DNA of 64,000 nucleotides from Patescibacteria group bacterium (GCA_024239055.1 JANBVJ010000001.1:65277-129276); one strand, 5' to 3'. Positions 1 through 9,096 are shown, numbered from the stretch's first letter. Notes: generated from the letters alone by a model not told the origin. Numbers and translations: made by a program.

Positions 1-66
1 ATTGTGCTTGCTGCTATTGCACTCATTGGGTTTGTGTACTTCAGCAGGAAGAAACGCAAACGCTAA
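1..66 (+). CDS. 3' end of a CDS starting upstream of the window (hydrophobic C-terminal anchor plus RKKRKR tail)
   Basis: Frame 1 reads IVLAAIALIGFVYFSRKKRKR then TAA at 64-66. A hydrophobic stretch plus basic tail resembles a C-terminal anchor. Partial. Confidence 0.4.
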   Translation: MVLAAIALIGFVYFSRKKRKR

Positions 67-86
67 CAAGGGTCCTCGGGCTTACA

Positions 87-130
87 AAGGGGTAGACGTT
101 CATTCATTTGAGTGTTTACCCCTTTTTTCT
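87..130 (+). terminator. intrinsic terminator-like hairpin
   Basis: AAGGGGTA (87-94) pairs with TACCCCTT (117-124), followed by a T-run. Confidence 0.55.
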
Positions 131-182
131 TTGGCTGAATATCTTATTGTGGAAAAGTATAGTTTTTATATTTTAATGCAGG

Positions 183-191
183 TGATATAAT
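183..191 (+). promoter_or_regulatory. extended -10 promoter TGaTATAAT, leaderless geometry
   Basis: TG 183-184, TATAAT 186-191, exactly 6 nt before the ATG at 198. Confidence 0.5.
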
Positions 192-197
192 ATTTTT

Positions 198-821
198 ATG
201 AATACTGAGCTATATGCTTTCGTAAAGGAAGCTCTAGATAAAAAGTTAGACCGTGCTTCTATACGGGATGTTTTGGTTCAAGCTGGGTGGAATATAAAGG
301 AAGTGGAAAAGGTGCTCTCTGCTTTTGCTGAGGTGGACTTTGCCATTCCTGTTCCACGGCCAAAACCATATCTTCAGGCAAGAGAGGCCTTTTTATACCT
401 TATCTCTTTTATTACTTTGTATATTACCGCCTTTTCCTTTGGAGCCTTGGTATTCGGGTTTATTGACAAGTTTTTCCCAGATCCTCTTTCCTATGCTCCC
501 GCACTGCGTTCTCTAAATACTGCATTAGCTTCTATTATTATTGCCTTTCCCGTGTATCTTTTTGTAACGTGGCGTCTTTCTCTTGCGACTCTAAAGAATC
601 CTGAGAGGAAAGACTCAAAGGTTAGAAAGTGGTTAACCTATTTGACTTTGGTAGTGGCGGCTGCCGTCATTATTGGCGACTTAATTGCTATTGTTTCAGG
701 TCTCCTTGGAGGGGATATTACCATACGATTTTTGTTAAGGGCAGTGACCATATTTGCAATTACGGCAAGTATATTTGGATATTATCTTTTGGATCTTCAA
801 AAAGAAGAAAAAGAGGAATAG
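198..821 (+). CDS. multi-pass membrane protein with soluble N-terminal helical domain (DUF5671-like)
   Basis: 207-aa ORF. The N-terminal ~50 aa are hydrophilic, followed by about 4 hydrophobic spans. The family call rests on architecture only. Confidence 0.55.
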   Translation: MNTELYAFVKEALDKKLDRASIRDVLVQAGWNIKEVEKVLSAFAEVDFAIPVPRPKPYLQAREAFLYLISFITLYITAFSFGALVFGFIDKFFPDPLSYAPALRSLNTALASIIIAFPVYLFVTWRLSLATLKNPERKDSKVRKWLTYLTLVVAAAVIIGDLIAIVSGLLGGDITIRFLLRAVTIFAITASIFGYYLLDLQKEEKEE

Positions 822-822
822 T

Positions 823-1242
823 ATGAGAAAGATATTTATTATCACAGTCATATCTCTTATTGTTGTTGCTGTTTTATATGGGCTGTATCTTACTGGAACC
901 CCGGGATTTCAAAGACAGGTTAGGTTTGATGAAAGGCGGATTGCAGACTTACAGCAGATATCTCGCGCAGTATCCTCTTATCATTCCAAATCAGGCAGAT
1001 TGCCAGAGACCTTGGAAGCTTTGGAATCTCTTGATTTCTTTGTTCCTTCTCTCTCTGACCCAAAGACAGGAGAGAGATATGAGTATCGTGTAGTAACTGA
1101 GGTTACATATGAGCTGTGTGCAGTGTTTGAATCTGATTCTTCTATTGCTGTTAAACCTCGTTTTCCCGGTCTTGAGAGTTGGGAGTATAAAGAAGGAAGA
1201 CAGTGTTTTGAAAGAGAGGTACTTGTAAAGGTACAAGGGTAA
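823..1242 (+). CDS. small N-terminally anchored protein (pseudopilin-like?)
   Basis: ATG at 823 lies 1 nt after the upstream stop, with AAGAGGAA as SD. MRKIFIITVISLIVVAVLYGLYL is a TM helix. RIADLQQISRAVSSYHSKSGRLPETL resembles type II secretion/pilin-like domains. The ORF-track start at 754 was rejected. Confidence 0.5.
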   Translation: MRKIFIITVISLIVVAVLYGLYLTGTPGFQRQVRFDERRIADLQQISRAVSSYHSKSGRLPETLEALESLDFFVPSLSDPKTGERYEYRVVTEVTYELCAVFESDSSIAVKPRFPGLESWEYKEGRQCFEREVLVKVQG

Positions 1243-1279
1243 GGGCATAATACATTATTAATTCATTATAATTATACTT

Positions 1280-2944
1280 ATGAGATATATTCTTTTTTCT
1301 TTTCTTATTCTAGGTCTTATGCTCGGAGGGAGCGTTGTCGCACAAGAAGATGATGTTGCCACTGACATTACAGAAGAAATAACTGTTGCGGACCTTGGAG
1401 AGTCAAACTCAATTATTCTTCCAACCTCTAACTTTTACTTTTTTAAGGAATGGGGCAGAGGCATACAACGTGTTTTTACATTTGGTTCAGTTAAGAAGGC
1501 AGAGCTTGAGTTGAAGTTTACAAACCAAAAGGCAGCCGAGTTAAAACAGGTAGAAGAGTTTCAGGCAGACAAACCAGATGCAATTACAAAAGCAGCAGAT
1601 AATTATCAGAATGCTGTGAAACGGCTCAAGATAAGGTTAGAGCTTATAGATGATACCTCAGAGAACCCAAACGTGGATCGCCTCCTAGACAGCCTTACTG
1701 ACAAGACCATGCGTCATCACCAGCTCTTTGAGGAGTTAAAAGAAAAGCATGAGGATGTGAAAGTGAAATTTGAGCTGGTGCAGAATGATATTGACGAAAC
1801 AATACGTCCAATACCGGAAAAGTTTGATAACCCAGAGAAGTTCAAGGAACGATTAGAAAAGGCTACAGATGGCCAGAAAGAGACGTTCTTAAAGCCCTTA
1901 AAGATGATTAAGACTATTAACCGATGGAAGGAGATTCTAGTATCAGATGAAATTAGAGAAAAGCTCATTGAGATTAATGATGATCTTGTAGTGAAGTTTG
2001 AAGGAAGGGTTAAGGCACACAATGTTTCCTCTGCTGAACTTTCAGATATATTTGAGAGATTAGAAGGGGATGAGTTTGTGAAGTTTGAGATATTTCAAGA
2101 TGTAAAAGAGCGTGCAGTAGATTTTCAGTTTAAGACATCTTTAAATACACTGAGTCCTCACTTTGTTGAGGGGGTAGAATCATCGGATAAGCTTGATCCA
2201 GAATCAATAGCCCGCTTAATTACAAAAGTTGGAGATATGATTCAGGGATTTGAAGAGAAAGCAAGAGGAGATGATGTAGTCTTTGGAAGTGCAGCTCAAC
2301 AGCTTCTTATTGAATCTAAAGCCAAGTTGGCTGAAGCAAAACAGCTTCATTCACAAGAACGCTACGGAGCGGCCTTTGGGCAGGCTAACGCAGCTCGTGT
2401 ATTGGCTGAGAATGCCATGAGAAAGATATATAGACGGGATACGGATTTTTCAGATAGTGCAGATGCTTTAAAACAACATCTTATGGCGCTAGAGGAGCTT
2501 ATGCAAAAGCAGGGATTTAAGAAGGAGGATTATCCAAAGATGTATGCTTTGATTGAGAAAGCAGGGCAGGCTATTGGTAATGTATCCTCAGAGGAAGATG
2601 TAATAGCAATAAAGAGGTTGTTGTATGAGTTGGAAGCATTGATTAACCGAGACTCAAATACAGTTTCTCTCCCTACATCTATACGTCCAATACCGCCAGA
2701 GGATCGTCTGACAGCGTGTACATTAGAGTTTGCTCCTGTATGTGGCAGTGATGGAAAGACATATTCTAATAAATGTATGGCAAAGGTAGCTGGAGTAGGC
2801 GTTGTTTCTGAAGGTAAATGCGGAGAGACGGGAACAAATGATAATAATGAGGATACTTCTGTTTTTCCAACAACAAATATTCTAGATTTTGGCTCTCAAC
2901 TGCTAAAGCCCTTACGACTTGAAGTAAAAGAGGTGACTCAATAG
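1280..2944 (+). CDS. secreted coiled-coil protein (DUF5667-like N-terminus) with C-terminal Kazal-like domain
   Basis: Signal peptide MRYILFSFLILGLMLGGSVVAQE. C-terminal CTLEFAPVCGSDGKTYSNKCMAKVAGVGVVSEGKC carries the Kazal core PVCG-x-DG-x-TY-x-N-x-C. Confidence 0.7.
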   Translation: MRYILFSFLILGLMLGGSVVAQEDDVATDITEEITVADLGESNSIILPTSNFYFFKEWGRGIQRVFTFGSVKKAELELKFTNQKAAELKQVEEFQADKPDAITKAADNYQNAVKRLKIRLELIDDTSENPNVDRLLDSLTDKTMRHHQLFEELKEKHEDVKVKFELVQNDIDETIRPIPEKFDNPEKFKERLEKATDGQKETFLKPLKMIKTINRWKEILVSDEIREKLIEINDDLVVKFEGRVKAHNVSSAELSDIFERLEGDEFVKFEIFQDVKERAVDFQFKTSLNTLSPHFVEGVESSDKLDPESIARLITKVGDMIQGFEEKARGDDVVFGSAAQQLLIESKAKLAEAKQLHSQERYGAAFGQANAARVLAENAMRKIYRRDTDFSDSADALKQHLMALEELMQKQGFKKEDYPKMYALIEKAGQAIGNVSSEEDVIAIKRLLYELEALINRDSNTVSLPTSIRPIPPEDRLTACTLEFAPVCGSDGKTYSNKCMAKVAGVGVVSEGKCGETGTNDNNEDTSVFPTTNILDFGSQLLKPLRLEVKEVTQ

Positions 2945-3214
2945 AACACAGCCATATTTTTCCACAGTTTTTGTGTGCGTTTGAGTTTCTCATGGTAATA
3001 TTAAAGGTAGTACTAAGCAGTACTCCGTATCTAATATACGGAAACTTAAAGTAGAGAGGGAAGGTGTTCTTGCTGACTGTGAAAAAAGGAGAGCTCAATT
3101 CAAAGGGGGTGATCCTTCCTCCCGGGCTTGTGTTTCGTTCTCGCGTTCGAACACAGCGCCAATCTCAATTTCGTCGGTTAATTAGTAGGGGTTCACGCTG
3201 ATAACCAAATGTAA

Positions 3215-3250
3215 TTCCGTGGTGGGTATTATGCCCTCCACGGAAGTTTG
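3215..3250 (+). terminator. strong hairpin plus T-rich tail in a 320-nt non-coding gap
   Basis: TTCCGTGG (3215-3222) pairs with CCACGGAA (3238-3245), with inner GGG/CCC pairs, followed by GTTTGTTTT. Confidence 0.45.
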
Positions 3251-3255
3251 TTTTA

Positions 3256-3264
3256 TGATATACT
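3256..3264 (+). promoter_or_regulatory. extended -10 promoter TGaTATACT, leaderless geometry
   Basis: TATACT 3259-3264, 6 nt before the ATG at 3271. Confidence 0.5.
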
Positions 3265-3270
3265 GTGAAC

Positions 3271-3459
3271 ATGGAAATCTTACTTTTGTTTATTATTCTT
3301 CTCTGGGTACTTCCCTGGAAAGGAGTTGCTTTGTGGAGGGCGGCGAGTAGAGGAGAGAAAAAGTGGTTTATTGCTATGTTAATTTTAAATACATTTGCCA
3401 TTCTTGAGATCTTGTATATCTTTGTATTTTCTAAAGATAAAGATTCAAAAAAGCAGTAA
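3271..3459 (+). CDS. small two-TM membrane protein (DUF5652-like)
   Basis: MEILLLFIILLWVLPWKGVALWRAASRGEKKWFIAMLILNTFAILEILYIFVF gives two hydrophobic helices. ATG 3271 is preferred over GTG 3265. Confidence 0.5.
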   Translation: MEILLLFIILLWVLPWKGVALWRAASRGEKKWFIAMLILNTFAILEILYIFVFSKDKDSKKQ

Positions 3460-3465
3460 GAATTT

Positions 3466-4113
3466 ATGGAGAGAAAAAAGCGGACTCAAATGATTGTAAG
3501 AGAACTCAAGAAGCTTTTTCCTGAGGTTCATACTACTCTTGTTTATAGTAATAATTGGGAACTGCTTGTTTCGGTTATGTTATCTGCTCAATGCACAGAT
3601 AAGAAAGTTAATGAAGTGACTAAGACTCTCTTTGTAAAATATCCAAGTTTTGATGATTACATACAGGCAGAGTTGCGAGAATTTGAGCAAGATATTCGGC
3701 AAACCGGATTTTATAGAAATAAAGCAGCAAACATATTAAAAACAGCTGCGATACTGAAGGAGAAGTTTGAAGGGAAGGTTCCAAGGACTATGGATGAGAT
3801 TCTTTTACTGCCTGGAGTCGCACGTAAGACCGCAAATGTAGTGTTGGCAGCGGCATTTGGTGTTATAGAGGGGATTGCCGTGGATACGCACGTGAAGCGC
3901 TTTGTTCAAAAATTAAGACTTGTGGATTCTCAAAATCCAGAGAAGATAGAAAGAGAACTTATGGAACTGTTACCGCGAAAAGAGTGGTCTGGCTTTACAC
4001 ATCGTATGATTGCGTATGGAAGAGAGATATGCATTGCAAGGAAGCATGAATGCCGAGAGCACCCTTTAACACGTATTTATCCTCAGGGCGCAGGCATCTG
4101 GCCTTTATCTTAA
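3466..4113 (+). CDS. nth: endonuclease III (HhH-GPD DNA glycosylase)
   Basis: WELLVSVMLSAQCTDKKVN and LPGVARKTANVVL (HhH) plus the catalytic region are present. Only 2 of the 4 usual C-terminal Fe-S cysteines are seen. Confidence 0.85.
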   Translation: MERKKRTQMIVRELKKLFPEVHTTLVYSNNWELLVSVMLSAQCTDKKVNEVTKTLFVKYPSFDDYIQAELREFEQDIRQTGFYRNKAANILKTAAILKEKFEGKVPRTMDEILLLPGVARKTANVVLAAAFGVIEGIAVDTHVKRFVQKLRLVDSQNPEKIERELMELLPRKEWSGFTHRMIAYGREICIARKHECREHPLTRIYPQGAGIWPLS

Positions 4114-4116
4114 GAT

Positions 4117-4365
4117 ATGACACAAAAAGATTTACAATGGGAAGTTATTAGAGACAGAAAGATTAGAAAAACCTTCTATTTTAAGGATTTTAAGGCTGCT
4201 CTTATATTTGTGAATAGAGTGGCTGCACTAGCAGAAAAAGAAGGGCATCATCCAGACATTCATATTGTTAAGTATAACTCTGTTATCATTGAGTTGAGTA
4301 CCCATGAGACAGGAGGATTATCTGAAAAAGATTACGCGTTGGCGAGGAAGATTGAATTTATATAG
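4117..4365 (+). CDS. pterin-4-alpha-carbinolamine dehydratase (PCD/DCoH family)
   Basis: 82 aa. EGHHPDIHIVKYNSVIIELSTHETGGLSEKDYALA matches the PCD signature. Confidence 0.8.
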   Translation: MTQKDLQWEVIRDRKIRKTFYFKDFKAALIFVNRVAALAEKEGHHPDIHIVKYNSVIIELSTHETGGLSEKDYALARKIEFI

Positions 4366-4397
4366 TAACTAAGGGATAGACATATTATAATAGATGT

Positions 4398-4820
4398 ATG
4401 AAAGTAATTCTTAAAGATAACAATACATACATTCTTTCTTGCGCAAGGGATGAGGAAATAATGTCAGAACTCAAGAAGTTTGCAGAAAAAAACAATATTA
4501 AAGCTGCATCCTTTTCTATTATTGGGGCGTCCAAAGAGGTAGAGCTCGCCTGGTATGATGTTGATATAAAAGAGTACACTACCAAGGTATTTAAAGAGAA
4601 ACTTGAAATTTTAAGTATGCTGGGAAGCATAGGTATAATGAATGGAGATATAATTGTTCATAGTCATGGAGTCTTCTCTAACAAGAAGATGCAGACAATG
4701 GGAGGACACGTTAATAAAGTTGTGGTGGCTGCAGCTTGCGAGATTATCCTGCAAAAACTTAAAGGAACAATTAAAAGAGAATATTCCAAAGAGATTGGAC
4801 TGAATCTTATGGAAGAATGA
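4398..4820 (+). CDS. PPC (DUF296) domain protein
   Basis: 140 aa. The pattern L..G.E....L..F......I.AA.F..IGA...V.L resembles PPC/DUF296 proteins. Confidence 0.6.
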   Translation: MKVILKDNNTYILSCARDEEIMSELKKFAEKNNIKAASFSIIGASKEVELAWYDVDIKEYTTKVFKEKLEILSMLGSIGIMNGDIIVHSHGVFSNKKMQTMGGHVNKVVVAAACEIILQKLKGTIKREYSKEIGLNLMEE

Positions 4821-5881
4821 AGTATATCCTTCCTGTAACGCTTGTTATAGCGGTTGTTTTAGTAGGCGCTGTTTTATTTTTTATTCAGATTGAACCTGAA
4901 GCTCAGGAAGAAAAAGAGATTTTATCTCTCAAAGATGCGTTAGGTCAGATGCTCATTATTGGCTTTGACGGAACTGAGGTAACGCCTGATTTGGAAAGAC
5001 TTATAAAAGACATTCATCCGGGAGGCGTGCTTTTACTATCGCGTAACCTTGAGAATGCAGAGCAGACAAAAGTTTTAGTTGAAGATTTACAGAAGTTAAG
5101 CTTAAAAGAGACGGGAGTTTCTCTGTTCGTTGCAGCTGACCAAGAGGGAGGTATGGTTTCTACGGTGTACTGGGCAGAGGAGACTGCGCAGTATGATCTT
5201 GAGAATATGGAGGAGGCATCGCAGGTTGGGGAGAGGAGAGCTAAAGAGTTGATTGATGTTGGAATTAATATGAATTTGGCTCCGGTACTCGATAGCAGGG
5301 AGAGGGGTGATTTTCTATTTCCTCGTTCCTTTCAGAAAAGAGATGAGCAGGCATTTATTTTGGCACAAGCCTTAATAGAAAGTCATGAGGCGGAAGGAGT
5401 GTTTGCCGTACCAAAGCATTTTCCAGGATATGACGGTATTACACAGAATCCAGAGCAGGGAAGTATTCCTTATGTAGAGAATGTTCCAGATACGCTTTTA
5501 TTTGAATATGTGCTTGATGTTATTAAACCTGGTATTGTCATGCTCTCACATGTTGTGTATGAGGAGTTAGATGCCAATCCCTTACCTTTATCATTGAAGG
5601 GCATTGAATTTGCCAGAGAAAAACTCGGCAATAATGTTTTACTTATGTCAGATGATTTATTGAGTGAGTCTTTTGTCAAAGCGTATGAAACTTCTGATAT
5701 CTTAAGCAAGGCTTTAGTAGCTGGAGTAGACATTCTCTTGGTCGCCGGATATCCAGATACCGATGTTATAGGAGAGGCATATGGCAGTCTTCTTAAAAAA
5801 GTGGAGGCGGATGAAGTATTGCAGGAAAGAGTACGTGACGTGGCTCAAAGAGTGATTGAGATAAAACAGAAACTAAGGTAA
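4817..5881 (+). CDS. glycoside hydrolase family 3 (NagZ-like beta-N-acetylhexosaminidase), membrane-anchored
   Basis: N-terminal TM helix. Motifs LGQMLIIGFDGTEV, IHPGGVLLLSRNL, ADQEGG, NMNLAPVLD and KHFPGYD. Confidence 0.75.
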   Translation: MKYILPVTLVIAVVLVGAVLFFIQIEPEAQEEKEILSLKDALGQMLIIGFDGTEVTPDLERLIKDIHPGGVLLLSRNLENAEQTKVLVEDLQKLSLKETGVSLFVAADQEGGMVSTVYWAEETAQYDLENMEEASQVGERRAKELIDVGINMNLAPVLDSRERGDFLFPRSFQKRDEQAFILAQALIESHEAEGVFAVPKHFPGYDGITQNPEQGSIPYVENVPDTLLFEYVLDVIKPGIVMLSHVVYEELDANPLPLSLKGIEFAREKLGNNVLLMSDDLLSESFVKAYETSDILSKALVAGVDILLVAGYPDTDVIGEAYGSLLKKVEADEVLQERVRDVAQRVIEIKQKLR

Positions 5882-5890
5882 AATATTGAT

Positions 5891-6643
5891 ATGTCACAAT
5901 ACTATTCAGGGAAAAGAACAAGGAATATCTTTGATTCCAAGTCAAAAGAACCATTTCGTTTGAGCAGGTCACGCGTGGATAACTTTTTAAGATGTCAAAA
6001 GTGTTTTTATTTAGATAGAAGATTAGGGGTGGATCAGCCACCAGGGTATCCTTTTACATTAAATAACGCGGTGGATAAATTATTGAAAAAGGAGTTTGAT
6101 ATTCACAGGAAAGCGAAAACCATCCATCCTTTAATGGAGCACTACGGAATTGATGCCATCCCCTTTCAGCATGAGAAGCTGGATGAGTGGAGAGAAAACT
6201 TTAAGGGAGTTCAGTATTTACATGAACCATCAAACTTTCTGGTGACGGGGGCTGTTGATGATGTTTGGATAAATCCAGAAGGGGAGCTTATTGTGGTGGA
6301 CTACAAAGCTACCTCAAAGGATGGTGAGGTGTCTTTGGATGCGGAGTGGCAGGATGGATATAAACGTCAGCTGGAGTTCTATCAGTGGCTGCTGCGTCAG
6401 AATGGATTTAAGGTTTCAGATACAGGATACTTTGTATATGTAAATGGAAAGACTGATTTGGAGGCATTTGATTCAAAGCTGGAGTTTGATATGAAGATTC
6501 TTCCTTATACAGGGTCGGACGAATGGGTTGAGGATGCTTTAATAGGTGCAAAGAAGTGTCTTTCTGCCAATACTATTCCAGAAGCCCACGATGACTGTGA
6601 CTATTGCCTGTATAGGAAATCTGCGAGAGATGTGCAATCATAG
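5891..6643 (+). CDS. PD-(D/E)XK nuclease family protein (Cas4/RecB-like) with 4 Cys
   Basis: IVVDYKATSK core. The cysteine pairs CQKC (N-terminal) and CDYC (C-terminal) are arranged as in Cas4-type nucleases. Confidence 0.6.
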   Translation: MSQYYSGKRTRNIFDSKSKEPFRLSRSRVDNFLRCQKCFYLDRRLGVDQPPGYPFTLNNAVDKLLKKEFDIHRKAKTIHPLMEHYGIDAIPFQHEKLDEWRENFKGVQYLHEPSNFLVTGAVDDVWINPEGELIVVDYKATSKDGEVSLDAEWQDGYKRQLEFYQWLLRQNGFKVSDTGYFVYVNGKTDLEAFDSKLEFDMKILPYTGSDEWVEDALIGAKKCLSANTIPEAHDDCDYCLYRKSARDVQS

Positions 6644-6648
6644 TATTT

Positions 6649-7170
6649 ATGGAACTTATTCAAAACTTCTTAACAATTGATATAGTAGCGTCTTACGGCA
6701 AAGACATATTATTTATTGTACTCTTACTTATCTTTGGAAAGTTACTACTGCGCAAGCTAGTAAGAAGGTTAGTAGAAACAACAGAAGATGATGGCAATAT
6801 TGTTCATCAGAGAGCAGAAACATTAGGCAAGGTTGTTGTATCTATTGGGAATGCAGTGATTTACAGCATAGTTTTACTAATGATTTTAGATTTGTTTGGA
6901 ATTGATATTCGTCCAATACTGGCGGGAGCCGGAGTTATTGGTTTAGCTATTGGGTTTGGAGCACAATCTTTAGTGAAGGAATTTGTAGCAGGTCTGTTTA
7001 TTCTCATGGAAGGCCAGTATGGTGTGGGGGATAAGGTAAAGATTGGTTCTGCTGAAGGAGAGGTTATTATGATTACAATGCGCTCTACGGTATTAAAGAA
7101 TCCAAAAGGAGGAAAGATTTATTTGTCTAATGGTTCTGTAAATAATGTAATTAATTATTCTCAGAAGTAG
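6649..7170 (+). CDS. small mechanosensitive channel (MscS family)
   Basis: GAGVIGLAIGFGAQSLVKEFVAGLFILMEGQYGVGDKVKIG matches the MscS pore/beta-domain junction. Confidence 0.75.
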   Translation: MELIQNFLTIDIVASYGKDILFIVLLLIFGKLLLRKLVRRLVETTEDDGNIVHQRAETLGKVVVSIGNAVIYSIVLLMILDLFGIDIRPILAGAGVIGLAIGFGAQSLVKEFVAGLFILMEGQYGVGDKVKIGSAEGEVIMITMRSTVLKNPKGGKIYLSNGSVNNVINYSQK

Positions 7171-7173
7171 ATA

Positions 7174-7210
7174 GTGAAAATCGCCAAGCAGGCGGTTTTT
7201 TTGATACAAA
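7174..7210 (+). promoter_or_regulatory. copy of recurrent promoter-like motif (AAAATCGCCA-N18-TACAAA with T-tract and TGn)
   Basis: TCGCCA 7181-7186, T7 tract, TGaTACAAA ending at 7210. The spacer can also fold as a weak CGCC/GGCG hairpin plus T-run. Confidence 0.4.
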
Positions 7211-7304
7211 AGTATTAGATTTCTTGAAATTTGTAAGATTTTAATCTATAGTTGATTTGACACTGTTTTTCGTTGTTCTTTTTTTATTCCCATAGGAGGG
7301 GATT

Positions 7305-7979
7305 ATGAATTCACGTTTGTGGATCGTCCTCTCCGGAGTGACGATTATAGTACCGTTTGTCGTAGTTCCCTTTGCGCTCTACTTCGTGAAGGATGGGCTG
7401 CCTATCTTGAATGGGTTCTACGGATATCTCACTATTGCAATTATTGGAGTTGTTACAAACGCTACTTTTATCATTCCAACTCCTACGATGATGCCCGTGG
7501 TTGTAGAGATTGCAGATCGCAATTCTCTTTTCTTGATTGCAGGCACATATGCTTTCTTCGCCGCATTTGGTGAGAGTACTGGTTATTTTGCCGGCGATTT
7601 TATCAATAAGATTTCCGCGATACGGGATTCCAGGATACATCAGTTCCTTGAGGAGAAGATGAAGGGTGGAAAGAAGACTGGAGTCATTCTCTTTATTCTC
7701 GCTGTCTTTCCGGTTTCTCCGTTCGATATCGGGGGAGCTATTGCAGGAAATGCCGGATATCCTTGGCGATGGTTCTGGGTAGTCACATTTATTGGCAGAT
7801 GGCTGAAGTATTGGTACCTCATTCCATTCTGGGAGATTGCTGAGAGATGGATATCCAAAATTCCATGGGTTGGAAACATTGCAGGACTGCTCATGGTCGT
7901 CATCTTTCTGATTGCTATTCTGGTAGCTAACCGCATTATGAACGGCGGGAGAAAGAAAATCGTAGAGGCAGGGTCATAG
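7305..7979 (+). CDS. polytopic membrane protein, unknown function
   Basis: 224 aa with 5-6 hydrophobic spans. AGGAGGGG SD lies 6 nt upstream. Confidence 0.55.
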   Translation: MNSRLWIVLSGVTIIVPFVVVPFALYFVKDGLPILNGFYGYLTIAIIGVVTNATFIIPTPTMMPVVVEIADRNSLFLIAGTYAFFAAFGESTGYFAGDFINKISAIRDSRIHQFLEEKMKGGKKTGVILFILAVFPVSPFDIGGAIAGNAGYPWRWFWVVTFIGRWLKYWYLIPFWEIAERWISKIPWVGNIAGLLMVVIFLIAILVANRIMNGGRKKIVEAGS

Positions 7980-7993
7980 ATTCTGCCTTTTTT
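7966..7993 (+). terminator. intrinsic terminator
   Basis: GGCAG (7967-7971) pairs with CTGCC (7983-7987), followed by TTTTTT. Confidence 0.6.
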
Positions 7994-8031
7994 CTTGCTT
8001 TTGTTTTAGTTTGTGTTCACAATGCAATCAT

Positions 8032-9096
8032 ATGTCATTTTCCGTAGGTATTGTGGGTCTGCCAAATGTAGGGAAGTCCACCCTGTTTGCAGCTCTCACC
8101 AGAAAACAAGTAGATATTGCAAATTACCCTTTCTGCACCATTGAAAAGAATGTAGGGATTGTGCGTGTTCCAGACGAGCGGCTTGAGAAGTTGACTGAGC
8201 TGTTTCATTCAGAAAAAACAATCCCAACTGTTATTGAGTTTGTAGATATTGCCGGTTTAGTCAGAGGGGCGAATAAGGGAGAAGGATTGGGTAATCAGTT
8301 TCTTGCTGAGATAAGAGAAGTGAAGGCAATCCTCCAGGTAGTGAGATGTTTTGAGGATTCAGATATTGCCCATGTGGAGGAGACTATTGATCCTCTTCGT
8401 GATATTGAGATTATTGAAACAGAACTTCTCTTAAAAGATTTGGATACCGTAAAGAAGAGAATCTTTAAGGCTGAAAAAGAGATTAGGTCTGAAGATAAAA
8501 AAGCAAAAGCGCAGTATGAGATACTCTTGCAGTTGCAGTCAGCTTTGAGCAACGGTACAACAGCATTTAAGTTTATGGAGCAGAATGAGGGGAGTGAGAA
8601 GGTTATCTTAGACCTTCAGCTTCTTTCCTCCATACCCGTTTTATATATATTAAACTGTGAGGGAGATAAGGCTCCTAAAGAAGTTGAGGAAAAGATAAAG
8701 AGCATGGGTAGTTTGTTTGTTGCACTGAACGTAAAAGATGAGTTTGAATATGCCGGATTTACCCTAGAGGAGATGGAAGAACTTGGAGCTAAAGAACGAA
8801 GACTTCCTTTATTAATTAAAAAGGCCTATGAAATGCTTAATCTTATAACTTTCCTTACAACAGGGTCTGATGAAACCAGAGCCTGGACTATAGAAAAGGG
8901 TGACTTAGCTCCGGAAGCCGCAGGTGTTATTCATACAGATTTTAAAGACAAGTTTATTAAGGCTGTCGTTATTCAGTGGGATGAGCTTGTTAAGGCTGGA
9001 GGATTGGCAGAAGCCATGGCTCAGGGATTAATACGTACAGAGGGTAAAGATTATGTAGTCAAAGACGGAGATGTTATTGAGATAAAGCACGGTTGA
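8032..9096 (+). CDS. ychF: ribosome-binding ATPase YchF (Obg-like)
   Basis: VGIVGLPNVGKSTLFAALT P-loop, a TGS-like C-terminus and the typical ~355 aa length. ATG 8032 is preferred to the upstream TTG. Confidence 0.9.
   Translation: MSFSVGIVGLPNVGKSTLFAALTRKQVDIANYPFCTIEKNVGIVRVPDERLEKLTELFHSEKTIPTVIEFVDIAGLVRGANKGEGLGNQFLAEIREVKAILQVVRCFEDSDIAHVEETIDPLRDIEIIETELLLKDLDTVKKRIFKAEKEIRSEDKKAKAQYEILLQLQSALSNGTTAFKFMEQNEGSEKVILDLQLLSSIPVLYILNCEGDKAPKEVEEKIKSMGSLFVALNVKDEFEYAGFTLEEMEELGAKERRLPLLIKKAYEMLNLITFLTTGSDETRAWTIEKGDLAPEAAGVIHTDFKDKFIKAVVIQWDELVKAGGLAEAMAQGLIRTEGKDYVVKDGDVIEIKHG

Noticed and set aside
3098-3135. Minus-strand CCCGGGAGGAAGGATCACCCCC resembling the SRP RNA helix-8 GGAAGGAAGCAGCC motif
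   Set aside because: The conserved AGCA symmetric-loop sequence and the 5'-side CAGG partner are absent, and I could not fold a convincing helix 8. It is therefore not called as ffs.
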